Source of the DNA: Promethearchaeota archaeon
GTDB taxonomy: Archaea; Asgardarchaeota; Lokiarchaeia; Sigyniarchaeales; SOKP01
Assembly: GCA_019057795.1 (NCBI GenBank)
Contig: JAHLWS010000078.1
Span: forward strand, 128,001-192,000
Direction of reading: 5' to 3'
DNA: 64,000 bases
The notes below the pieces were generated by a model. The model did not search any database and was not told the origin of the DNA. It saw only the letters and a list, made by a program, of their open reading frames with translations. The position numbers were made by a program, and so were the translations under genes. Shown here piece after piece: positions 1-9,339 of this stretch (the first letter of the stretch is position 1; each line of letters starts with the position of its first letter).

Positions 1-11
1 GAAAATAAAAA

Positions 12-47
12 ATGGGAAAATGGAACCTTCCTCCATCTGGCGGACAC
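12..47 (+). pseudogene. Stranded original 5' end of the creatininase-family gene (MGKWNLPPSGGH)
   Basis: ATG at 12 translates to MGKWNLPPSGGH, matching MTKWNLPPEYSKCRGH at 1887; the frame runs into a stop at 63-65. Confidence 0.8.
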
Positions 48-1934
48 AAATATATAAGAATTTAATTATTTATCCAATCTTTAAGTTTTTGTTCACATTC
101 TCTTTTTAATTTAGGATTATACTTATTCTTCCTCCAATAACCCATTGGTGGTTTATCAATCCTAGATAATTTGCATAACTTATCAATATCCTTAGGTAAA
201 ACTCCTAATATTTTGGCTATTCTATTTTGGGGGATCTCCCATATTATCTCTTCTATATTCTCTTTAGGAATATTGGCTAAATTTTCTCTATTCTGTTCTA
301 ATATAGGAGATTTCTTAATAGCTATAGCAGCTATTCTTGCTCTTTTTATACTTTCCTCTAAAGGAGTAAGATAAATTCTTTTTCTTGGTAAAGAATCTTT
401 ATAATTATCTAAAATTTTATTAAATAGTTGTACTCCTAAGAACAATCTATAAGCATTTACATTTTTATTATCTCTGGTTACTAGATTATCAATGTTAAAT
501 TTTTCTTTAATTTGTTCAAGAAATTTTCGATTTCCCGATGTAATTTTTGAAGTTCCTTTAGTTCCATCACCATCAAAATAACCTAATAGGAAAGCTAGTT
601 CTATTTCACGATTAGGAAGTATAGGGTATTCAATTTTAAGAGATTTGTTAGGAATACAACCATGACTATTTAAATCATCAAACATCCTTTTACTGCTAAT
701 TCGTATACGCACATTATTGTCAATATATTCTTTCTTCTCTTTATTAGCTCCCGAAAAATCAACATACTTATCAATTAATATTTCATCTTTCAAATTTACT
801 TTTAGAGTTACTTTTTTAGATTTAGTATCCTTTTTTATATAAATAGAGCCATCTGAATACATCACACCTAACCAATATCCTTTTTCTTTAGTATTTATTA
901 ATTCAAAACAATTGTCAATTAAATTTGGATGTGCTACATTCTCTCTTAAAACTCGTCGCTTTTCTAACCCTAATTCCTTTTCTTTATCTAGAACATAGTG
1001 ATGATCAATCCATATACTTTTAATATTTTTAAATTTAGCTATATTACTAGCTGCTTTTGTAGTTAACATAAGCTGATCAATTATGTACATCTCAATAATT
1101 CTTTCCTTATTTATAATCTTAACACATTTTAATAATTCTTCCTTGTCTTTATCTAATAAATCTTGATTTGTTTTAATGAAATCAACAAATGCAGGTCTTA
1201 AAACAACTCCTTTATTTGCTTTTTGCTTTCTTTTTTCAAAATAATCATTAAAAAGAGATAATAGCTTTGGATGAAATAATGTATTTTCAAAATAATTTTT
1301 ATCTCTATCCTTCAAATATTTTAGTCTAATTCTATCCAACTGTTCTTTATATTCTATTCTGTTTTCATGAGGATTTTTATCAATTTCTAAACTGCAATCT
1401 GGAATAAAGGTTCTCTCATTATTTTCTTGCATTTCGAGGGAGGGAGTAAAACTTCGCTCTTCATTCTTGATATTGAAGTTTAACTTAGGTGTAAAAGTTA
1501 TATTCACAAAATCTTCAGATATTTCAGCAGAAGGATTGAAGCTAGTAGTTTCTTGTTTAAGATCTGGAGTAAAAAATCTTTCTTTATCCAATTTTGGTAT
1601 TTTTAAAGATGGAAAGAATATATTGTCTTCTTTAGATTTACCTTTGTAAATATCTGAATTATTCTCTTTAGATTTAACCTCTTTCCAACTCTTTCTGTTC
1701 TTATATTCATTACCATATTTGGACATAAAAACTTCCCGTATTTTTTTTAATTGTTGAGAAATTTATTATTATATTCCAGTAAAAAATTTGGAGTGATCTA
1801 AATTTTAAACTTAAAAATCATTATTTCAAATAGAAATAATTTGAAGAATTAATAGTATGATGAAAAAGAAAAATAGGTAAAATTAAATGACAAAATGGAA
1901 TTTACCACCTGAATATAGTAAGTGCAGAGGACAT
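48..1934. mobile_element. LAGLIDADG cassette with replacement promoter and 5' end of the creatininase gene (boundaries approximate)
   Basis: Endonuclease ORF bracketed by two diverged copies of the same gene start. Confidence 0.7.
62..1726 (-). CDS. Free-standing double-motif LAGLIDADG endonuclease with low-complexity N-terminus and C-terminal HTH-like domain
   Basis: Motifs GYWLGVMYSDGSI and AFLLGYFDGDGT; C-terminal IAKILGV...IDKPPMGYW; no intein termini. Confidence 0.85.
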   Translation of the reverse strand: MSKYGNEYKNRKSWKEVKSKENNSDIYKGKSKEDNIFFPSLKIPKLDKERFFTPDLKQETTSFNPSAEISEDFVNITFTPKLNFNIKNEERSFTPSLEMQENNERTFIPDCSLEIDKNPHENRIEYKEQLDRIRLKYLKDRDKNYFENTLFHPKLLSLFNDYFEKRKQKANKGVVLRPAFVDFIKTNQDLLDKDKEELLKCVKIINKERIIEMYIIDQLMLTTKAASNIAKFKNIKSIWIDHHYVLDKEKELGLEKRRVLRENVAHPNLIDNCFELINTKEKGYWLGVMYSDGSIYIKKDTKSKKVTLKVNLKDEILIDKYVDFSGANKEKKEYIDNNVRIRISSKRMFDDLNSHGCIPNKSLKIEYPILPNREIELAFLLGYFDGDGTKGTSKITSGNRKFLEQIKEKFNIDNLVTRDNKNVNAYRLFLGVQLFNKILDNYKDSLPRKRIYLTPLEESIKRARIAAIAIKKSPILEQNRENLANIPKENIEEIIWEIPQNRIAKILGVLPKDIDKLCKLSRIDKPPMGYWRKNKYNPKLKRECEQKLKDWINN

Positions 1935-2867
1935 ATGGACTTACCGGATGGAATTTATCTCCAAAATATGAACATTTCTGAAATTCGAGAACGCGTAAAA
2001 AAAAATGACGTTATAATCATCCCAATCGGGTCTACTGAAAACCACGGTCCAGCAGCTTGTATAGGAGAAGATACATTTTTAGTAACGAGAATGGCTGAAA
2101 TAATAGCGCAAAAAACGGGTTGTACAGTTGCCCAACCAACTTGGTACGGTTCTCATCCATATCATCACGTTGGAATGCCTGGTACCATAATAGTTCCTGA
2201 AGAAACATTTAAGGGACTTTTGCGAGCTATAATGGCTGGTTGTTGGAACATGGGTTTTAGAAAAATGATCCTATTAAATGGTCATGGTCACGAGTATGTT
2301 ATCCCGAGCGCAATTCACGAGTGGGCCAAAAACTATCAATTACCTGCCGTAATTTGTAATGTTAACTGGTATCACGCAATTCCAGAATATTGTAAGGATA
2401 AAGAACACGGAGGCCCTTTTGAAACTCCTTTCGTTCATGCAGATGAAGCAGAAACCTCATTTTCAATGACACTCTTTCCAGAAATGATAAGAAAAATTGA
2501 TTCTAGCGAAGATAACGAAGTTGTTGGATGGATGCCTGATGGACATGTTGATAAAGCTGGAAATATCTATCAAAAACCAATCCGATGGTATGGACAAATA
2601 GGGTTTGGACCAATTGAACTTGCAGCATATCCTGAAGGGCATGTAGGATGTCCAAGTAAAGCAACTTTCGAGAAAGGCGAACCTGGTATGGAGGCTTTTT
2701 TAGATTACTTAGAGAAATTAGTCGTTGATATATTGAAGACTTTTCCACCAGGAAAATTACCCCCTACTGATCAAATTACGCAACGAGATCCGAAAGAAAT
2801 TGAACCGTATTTAAAAGGACCTTTAAATGGTGGAAAAAGTATTTATGAATTGAGATATCCACCTTAA
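1887..2867 (+). CDS. Creatininase/creatinine amidohydrolase family protein (IolN-like)
   Basis: PIGSTENHG, GEDT, LNGHGH and HADEAETS motifs. Confidence 0.85.
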   Translation: MTKWNLPPEYSKCRGHMDLPDGIYLQNMNISEIRERVKKNDVIIIPIGSTENHGPAACIGEDTFLVTRMAEIIAQKTGCTVAQPTWYGSHPYHHVGMPGTIIVPEETFKGLLRAIMAGCWNMGFRKMILLNGHGHEYVIPSAIHEWAKNYQLPAVICNVNWYHAIPEYCKDKEHGGPFETPFVHADEAETSFSMTLFPEMIRKIDSSEDNEVVGWMPDGHVDKAGNIYQKPIRWYGQIGFGPIELAAYPEGHVGCPSKATFEKGEPGMEAFLDYLEKLVVDILKTFPPGKLPPTDQITQRDPKEIEPYLKGPLNGGKSIYELRYPP

Positions 2868-2982
2868 TTATTTTTTTTCTTATTCTATATATCCCAACCT
2901 TTTAGGATAATTTAAAATAATTATTTTATTTCATTGATTTTTAAAAAAAATTTAAAAGAAACTTAAAAAAAAAGTATATAAG

Positions 2983-3489
2983 TTAGAATTTGGACCCACA
3001 ATATGCGCAATATACGGCTTCATCCTTACTAATAGGCGTTCCACAGTTGGGACAAAATTTTGAATGTTCTTGAATAATAGCCTCTTCCGCCTTCTCAACT
3101 CGCATTGACTCAGCGTCTCCGGTTTGGGTGGAAAATTGACCTTTTAACCTACCTGAAGATTTCAAGTCTAAAATAATCGCTCGAATATCTCTGACTGAAA
3201 TGCCCGTGTTATTACTTATCTCTTCTACGGAAATATTGGGATTGTGTTCAAATTCATGCGATACAACATTTTTTAATTTACTACGATTAGTAAAGGCGGC
3301 AATTTGACTTACTAAAATAGCGGTTCCTATCCCAATCCAAAGAAAACTCATCCAGTTTACTCCACCAAATTGCCGAAAACCATCAACTAATCCGATAATA
3401 CCCCAGTAGAAAAATATGCCTGCGAATATTAAAGCACATATCGAGAAACCATTAATATATTGGTCTTTTTTATATTTCATCTCTATCAT
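2983..3489 (-). CDS. Membrane protein: 2 TM, winged-helix-like domain and C-terminal zinc ribbon
   Basis: Hydrophobic N-terminus; CPNCG...CAYCG. Confidence 0.75.
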   Translation of the reverse strand: MIEMKYKKDQYINGFSICALIFAGIFFYWGIIGLVDGFRQFGGVNWMSFLWIGIGTAILVSQIAAFTNRSKLKNVVSHEFEHNPNISVEEISNNTGISVRDIRAIILDLKSSGRLKGQFSTQTGDAESMRVEKAEEAIIQEHSKFCPNCGTPISKDEAVYCAYCGSKF

Positions 3490-3622
3490 TTATAATTGAT
3501 TTTTAATTAAATAAAAATGCCATTAAATATATCTCTTCTATGGTCCAATTTTTAGAAACTATTGATTCAGATTTTAAAACTTATTAAAATAAAAAGTAAA
3601 ATAAAAATTTATATGTTATTTG

Positions 3623-4108
3623 TTAAACCTTTGCTCCACAGTAAGCACAATATAATGCAGATTCCTTCTTAATAGGTGTGCCACAATTTGCACAGTAGTT
3701 CCCTTTCGCTTGAGCCTCTGGTTGATTAGAAATTGTAACTTCCACATATTTTGCTTCGCCTGTTTTAGTCGAAAATTTCCCTCTTAACTCTCCCCTTGCT
3801 TTCAAGTCTAACACTATTGCTCGAACATCTTTAATCGTAATTCCAGTTTTTCTAGCAATTTCCTCAATTGAAGCGTTAGGATTTTGCTCAAATTCTTGTT
3901 TAACTACTGTTCTTAGTTTGCTTCTATTAGTAAGTTTATATATTTGGCTTGAGATTATGGATATTCCAATAGCAATTAAAATGAAGCCAAACCACCACCA
4001 GAACCCCCAATTAATTAAATTATTAAAACCCCAATACAAGAAAGCTCCTGCAATAATTAACCCGCAAATGCTAAATCCTTCATTGTATTCATTTCGTTCG
4101 TAATGCAT
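3623..4108 (-). CDS. Tandem paralog of 2983-3489 (TM, wHTH, zinc ribbon)
   Basis: Shares GFSIC, TNRSKL, DVRAIVLDLK and CANCGTPI...YCAYCG. Confidence 0.75.
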   Translation of the reverse strand: MHYERNEYNEGFSICGLIIAGAFLYWGFNNLINWGFWWWFGFILIAIGISIISSQIYKLTNRSKLRTVVKQEFEQNPNASIEEIARKTGITIKDVRAIVLDLKARGELRGKFSTKTGEAKYVEVTISNQPEAQAKGNYCANCGTPIKKESALYCAYCGAKV

Positions 4109-4278
4109 TTTTAATAATCACTTCTTCTTTATATGAAATAATTAGTTGAATGATATATATGAGTTAAAGAGACCAATATTTATATTATTTTTATATTAAT
4201 TACATTAATTATTTGGATTTGATTTTGATCTATTTGAATTACAAAAGATTTAGTTTATCTTGAGAATAGTTTAAAATT

Positions 4279-4635
4279 TTAAGGAGGAGTGACCGATCGG
4301 TTAATAATTTTAAAGATATCTTTCACGTCAACTTGGTCCTCAGTTAAAAGGATAATTAACTTTTCGAGAATTTTTATAGATAAAATATAATAATTATCAG
4401 AATGAATTATAGTAAAATCTGGACTGTGTAAACCTATACTCTCGGTTGTTTCCTCTGCTAATTCATATAATTGAGAAATATTTAAAGAAATAGAAGCTTT
4501 GTTAAACTCTTCCTCATTTATATAAGACTTTTTAATTACTCCATTTTCCGATGATATCAATATGAAATAAACTGCTGGCCCTAATTCGCTAACAAGTGAA
4601 TTTAAAATTAAATCTAAATCTATCAAAACAGTCAT
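4279..4635 (-). CDS. Roadblock/profilin-like small protein
   Basis: 118 aa; helix-YFILISSENG-helix-three-strand pattern typical of roadblock/longin folds. Confidence 0.5.
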   Translation of the reverse strand: MTVLIDLDLILNSLVSELGPAVYFILISSENGVIKKSYINEEEFNKASISLNISQLYELAEETTESIGLHSPDFTIIHSDNYYILSIKILEKLIILLTEDQVDVKDIFKIINRSVTPP

Positions 4636-4777
4636 TTCTAAATAATTTATAAATCTTTATTTATAAATATGTTTGTGTGAAATTAATTACGAGTACGAAT
4701 GTCCCGTAAAGCTTGGAACTTAAAATTTTTTTGTAAAAAAAAAATATTTGATTTTTCAAACCTAAATAAGAACGCAA

Positions 4778-5578
4778 TTACATATCAAAATATTTATCAA
4801 CTAAGTGTTCAAAATTGCGAAATTGGCTTCTGTCTCCATTAAAATCCTCAACACAATAGCAATAATCGTCTAGAAACTCTTCAATTAATAACTCCATAAA
4901 TCTTTTAATATTTTTTGATTTTGTAAAGTCCTCAACTAAATACGCAAATATAACGTCCTCTTTAACCGTTAAAAGGAATTGCTGATTTTCGAAATTAATT
5001 GCTTGAAGGGTATCACCCGTATTTTTTCCAATAACCTCATTAGAAAAAGATAAAATAGCTGATATAAAACCCGATATCGTTATAAAATTATCTGCCAAAT
5101 ACTTTTTATCCTTTCTAATTTTCGTAAATAGCGAAAGACCTGCCTTGCTTATTACGAAAAGAGCTGAAAGTTCTTTAGCGCTAGGAATAGCATGCTTACA
5201 CAATTGATTGATTTCTGAAAATGTGGCGTTCGAACGATATGAATTAACTAATTGTTTTGAGAGCGAACAAAGGCCGTCGTATTTAATTAGCTTGCTTGTC
5301 TCACTAACATAGAATATAGAAATACTTTCATCTTCAATTGTATAAAAGTGAACATAAATTGTATAAGCCCCTAACAACTTTATTCTTTTCCCTTCCTTCT
5401 TTTCAAGAATTTCAGAACGATAGAATTTGATGAGTAATTTTATTAGAGAACGCTTTATTCCCTTACTAAAAATAATTGTATAACGCTTCTCAGTCATTGA
5501 GACTAATCCAACCCCCAATAGGTCCATTAAGCTTGGATGTTCCAATGTTTCCTGATAAACATTCTCTAGTACTAACAT
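4778..5578 (-). CDS. Longin-like domain protein
   Basis: LFVISKAGLSLF...ISGFISAILSFSNEV...INFEN, typical of Asgard longin-like domains. Confidence 0.65.
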   Translation of the reverse strand: MLVLENVYQETLEHPSLMDLLGVGLVSMTEKRYTIIFSKGIKRSLIKLLIKFYRSEILEKKEGKRIKLLGAYTIYVHFYTIEDESISIFYVSETSKLIKYDGLCSLSKQLVNSYRSNATFSEINQLCKHAIPSAKELSALFVISKAGLSLFTKIRKDKKYLADNFITISGFISAILSFSNEVIGKNTGDTLQAINFENQQFLLTVKEDVIFAYLVEDFTKSKNIKRFMELLIEEFLDDYCYCVEDFNGDRSQFRNFEHLVDKYFDM

Positions 5579-5857
5579 TATTTATTTATTATACTTTTTT
5601 GTGGTAAAAAATCCCCTTAACAAAAAAAGTTGTGTGTATTATTTAACTTTAGAACACTTTAATATTTAAACATTTCGTTTTTGTTGTAAAAATATTTTAA
5701 TAAAACGATTAAAATTTTAATGAAAAATCAAATTTAAAGGGCAATTAGATTTAAATAATCTCTATTTTATTATATTTTTGATAAAATATTTTTTCATAAC
5801 AAAAATGTTAATAAAAAAATAAATTTTACCACAAATTTATAACAGTGTATAAAAAAT

Positions 5858-6154
5858 ATGTCTGATATAATGAAATTTGATATAGAACTTTATGTTAATC
5901 AGTTTAAAAATAAAAAATTCCTTATAAAACACTTGATTGATATCGAAAAAATAATTATTTCCTTCGAATATTCTAAATTCATCAATAGTGTGTACAATTT
6001 CTTTAATTCTAAAGTAGAAGCCTCAGAAGAAAGATTAAACGCTAAACACTACAACGATGCGGGAGAGATTATCGACCGTTTCTGGAAATTATTATTAAAC
6101 AACGATTCAATTGCCAGTTATCAATCAAATTTGAAAATAAAATTAAAAATCTAG
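5858..6154 (+). CDS. Hypothetical protein
   Basis: 98 aa ORF with ATG start, filling an intergenic gap. Confidence 0.5.
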   Translation: MSDIMKFDIELYVNQFKNKKFLIKHLIDIEKIIISFEYSKFINSVYNFFNSKVEASEERLNAKHYNDAGEIIDRFWKLLLNNDSIASYQSNLKIKLKI

Positions 6155-6258
6155 TGGGCCTGGCAGGATTCGAACCTGCGACTTTGGGTCAATGGAAGTT
6201 TCCATCTTGACATCCCAGTCCGAAGCCGGGTACCCTATCCAGACTAGATTACAGGCCC
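6155..6258 (-). tRNA. tRNA-Arg(TCG) with 29-nt BHB intron in the variable loop (6183-6211, about position 45/46)
   Basis: Acceptor GGGCCTG/CAGGCCC; anticodon arm CCCGG-CTTCGGA-CTGGG; T arm GCAGG-TTCGAAT-CCTGC; BHB TGGG/CCCA with bulges ATG and AAG. Confidence 0.9.
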
Positions 6259-6344
6259 AATGTAAAAAAATTCAGATTATATTATTGTTTACGCATTATT
6301 TCTAAAAAATTTTGCATAGTTTTTATGCGCGTAAAAGCTATTTT

Positions 6345-6806
6345 TTAATCGATATCTTCTGTGAGATAATTCATATTAGTAAAAAAAGACTTTAAAATAT
6401 TTTTAATTTTAATTATTCCACTCATATACTCATCTGATCCCCTAATTTTGATTAATCCCCTCATGTAAGCATCTGCTACTTGAATCTTTCGCGTTATGAT
6501 TTTTCTCAAATTTTTTTTTGTAAGGATGAGGTGAATGACATTGATCTCTACTGAGTTCGGTTCGTAATACGAATTGTTATAAGTTAGAAAACCTTCGACT
6601 TTTTTTATCCATATGTTATAGTCAATGTCATAAATGTACACGTGGTATATTGTATCTTCGTACAACTTTAAATCTTCATGAATTTCTTTGGAATTATTGG
6701 CAATCGTAATTCCCAACTTAATTAACTCATCTAATGTAGATTTAAATTTATTCTCTGTCGATTCTAATGAGTTCAACATCATTAATATAGTATTTGAGTC
6801 AATCAT
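6345..6806 (-). CDS. SCP2 sterol/lipid-binding domain protein
   Basis: DAYMRGLIKIRG motif. Confidence 0.7.
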   Translation of the reverse strand: MIDSNTILMMLNSLESTENKFKSTLDELIKLGITIANNSKEIHEDLKLYEDTIYHVYIYDIDYNIWIKKVEGFLTYNNSYYEPNSVEINVIHLILTKKNLRKIITRKIQVADAYMRGLIKIRGSDEYMSGIIKIKNILKSFFTNMNYLTEDID

Positions 6807-6965
6807 AGCAAAATAACGTCTTTATACTTCATTCTTAAGAATTAATAAAATTCGTTTAATCTTATAATAAATCTACGAACAAAATATGAATGTCTTATTT
6901 AAAATTTTATATAATATAACGATGATAAAAAGGATATTACGATTATTTAAATCCAATTTTTCTGT

Positions 6966-7412
6966 TTAAATACTTGTTAAATAATTTAATCCATTTTTTT
7001 TGCTTAAATATTTAAAAAATGTTCGAAAAAGCTTAATATATCTCAAACCTTGAGAGAGAGAACCTTCTACTTTAATTTTTCCCTTCATAAACGCATCCGC
7101 GCCGCCTATTTCGTCCTTTAGAATCTTAATAAATAAATCTTTACTAAAAACCATTTTAAATAACGCCTGAGGATTAACCCCCTTCTCGTAGTGAAGTTTA
7201 CCGTGCGAAACTTCGAGCCAATAGCTTAAGTTCACATCAAATATGCATGTTTGGTATATGTCATCAAAACCTATTAATTCCTCCTTGAGTTCTTCAGTAT
7301 TATTCATGATAGATACTCCCGCCTTAATGATTTTATCCAAAATATATTCAAATTTCTTGCCGTTTTTACTCAATTCTTCCAATATTAAATTAAGCGGGTT
7401 TTGACTGGCCAA
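6966..7412 (-). CDS. SCP2 sterol/lipid-binding domain protein
   Basis: DAFMKGKIKVEGSL motif. Confidence 0.8.
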   Translation of the reverse strand: MASQNPLNLILEELSKNGKKFEYILDKIIKAGVSIMNNTEELKEELIGFDDIYQTCIFDVNLSYWLEVSHGKLHYEKGVNPQALFKMVFSKDLFIKILKDEIGGADAFMKGKIKVEGSLSQGLRYIKLFRTFFKYLSKKNGLNYLTSI

Positions 7413-7688
7413 AAAGTTACATATCCTATTAAATTTTTTTTCTAAAATTCCTTATACCTATAATTAAAAAGATATAACTCCTATTTATGTGTTTTTCTTC
7501 AAAAAATTACGCCTAAACCAATAGTTTAATATTAAAATTCTATTGATTAAAGAATTAAATTTAAAGTTGAAAATTCGTCTCCTTTAATTCTTTTCGGTTA
7601 AGTACATCGAATGTTTTAATTTTAAAATAAAATTTTTATATTTGGAATTATTTCAATTGTTATATCAAAACTATTTTTTATTAAAAAA

Positions 7689-7795
7689 GCCCATATAGTG
7701 TAGTACGGTTAGCATTAGGGACTGTCACTCCTTCGACCCGGGTTCAACTACGCGTGTGAAAACCATACGCGATGAAACTCCCGGTGTGGGCGCCA
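7689..7795 (+). tRNA. tRNA-Asp(GTC) with 30-nt BHB intron in the T loop (7749-7778, about position 59/60); CCA encoded
   Basis: Acceptor GCCCATA/TGTGGGC; anticodon arm AGGGA-CTGTCAC-TCCTT; BHB TTCA/TGAA with ACT and ACT bulges; splicing gives T loop TTCAACT. Confidence 0.9.
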
Positions 7796-8066
7796 TTATT
7801 CATATCCGCATTTAAATTTATTATAATTCCATCATTAGCTATTGATATTAATACAAAGTTAATGACAAGAATTTTTTATAACTTAAAATAAAATTTTTAT
7901 CTTTTGTATCAGACTTCCCGAACCCTAATTAAAACCTTACGATTTTTGTAGGTGCAAAAGATTAAAGCTTTTTATATCAACATGAATTATCTTAAATCAC
8001 CATATTAATTAATTTAATTAATGTCAATAAAATATAGGTTGAAATTTAAAAAGAGGTTAAATAATA

Positions 8067-8501
8067 ATGGTAGATAAAGCATTATTAAAAGAAATTAAGG
8101 ATAAAATCGATGCGGGAGCGGCAGCTGCCGACCCAAAAGATACTCTTAAAGTATACGAACTTTTCAAGCAAGTAGCGGAAGAGAACGAGGACTTAAAAGA
8201 GGAACTAGAAGATATGGATATTACCATCCAGATGAACATTACCGACAAGGATGCTAAGTTCTGGTTGAAGGCACACGATGGTACATTGGAATTTGGCGAA
8301 GGTGATGTTGAGAACCCATCGTTTACTTTTTCCGCCACTAATGAAATTGGTGCAGGAATGCTTTTTGGCGAAGTTGACGCCACCAGTGCATATATGGCTG
8401 GTGATATCACGGTTGAAGGTAATTTACAAGATGCAATGGCTTTTCAAGAGATTATTGAACTCGCCTTAGAAGCTCTTGAGGACATGTTTGAAGAGCTTTA
8501 A
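8067..8501 (+). CDS. SCP2 domain protein
   Basis: DATSAYMAGDITVEGNLQDAM. Confidence 0.9.
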   Translation: MVDKALLKEIKDKIDAGAAAADPKDTLKVYELFKQVAEENEDLKEELEDMDITIQMNITDKDAKFWLKAHDGTLEFGEGDVENPSFTFSATNEIGAGMLFGEVDATSAYMAGDITVEGNLQDAMAFQEIIELALEALEDMFEEL

Positions 8502-8825
8502 GTTATCTTAATTTTCCATCAACTTTAAAAATTATTTTATTTTTTATTTTAGCTCTCAGTTGTTTTTTTATGCAAATTTAATTTTTCGTTAATTCTTACT
8601 AATTAAAAGCAAGAAATATACGACATAAATTGCAAAATTGTATACTATCAAACTATAGTAATTATGGATTTCACTGTGTAATTAGTAAAAGAAATAAAAC
8701 CTTTTTATATAGTAAAAAGTTATACTAACTAGTATTTATTTAATCAATAAATATTTTGAAAATTAAATTCAATAAACAAAAAATAAAATCAAATGTGTAA
8801 ATAAACCAAAAAGGTTGATAATAAA

Positions 8826-9260
8826 ATGGTTGATGAAGCATTATTAAAAGAAATGAAAGTTAAATTTGAGGCTGGAGCTGCTGCCTCTGATGTTATGGAC
8901 TCGTTAAAAGTTTTTGAGATGTTCAAGCAAATTGCTGTAGAGAACGAGGACTTGAAAGAGGAACTAGAAGATATGGACATAACCATCCAAATGAATATTA
9001 CAGACGAAGACAAAAAGTTCTGGTTGAAGGCGAAAGAGGGAACTTTGGAATATGGCGAAGGTGATGTTGAGAACCCATCCTTTACATTCTCTGCCACTAA
9101 AGAAGTTGGTTCAGGCATGTTGTTCGGCGAAGTTGACGCTACAAGCGCATACATGGCCGGTGACATTACCGTTGAGGGTAATCTTCAGGATGCAATGGCC
9201 TTTCAAGAGATTATTGAGCTCGCATTAGAGGCTTACGAAGATTTAGTCGAAGATTTGTAA
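8826..9260 (+). CDS. SCP2 domain protein (close tandem paralog of 8067-8501)
   Basis: Same length (144 aa), near-identical C-terminal two-thirds. Confidence 0.9.
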   Translation: MVDEALLKEMKVKFEAGAAASDVMDSLKVFEMFKQIAVENEDLKEELEDMDITIQMNITDEDKKFWLKAKEGTLEYGEGDVENPSFTFSATKEVGSGMLFGEVDATSAYMAGDITVEGNLQDAMAFQEIIELALEAYEDLVEDL

Positions 9261-9339
9261 TAAATCCCGAATTTAAACTATATTAAACCTTTCGTGAAAT
9301 CTCTTATATTTTTTTTTTATTTTATTCTATTTATTAAAT

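Noticed and set aside
62-1726. Intein or group I/BHB intron carrying the LAGLIDADG gene
   Set aside because: The ORF is antisense to the host gene, lacks Cys/His-Asn intein ends, and the host gene is complete without splicing
1905-1935. Possible BHB mini-intron explaining the four extra codons in the creatininase start
   Set aside because: I could not fold a 3-4-3 BHB here, and the insert is in frame
6155-7795. tRNA-anchored genomic island
   Set aside because: No duplicated tRNA 3' end and no integrase nearby
8057-9166. Antisense ORFs over the SCP2 genes, and similar shadow ORFs (e.g. 55565-56212, 26826-27008, 44889-45080, 60110-60298)
   Set aside because: They are reverse-strand shadows of real genes; their recurrence reflects the paralogy of the sense genes
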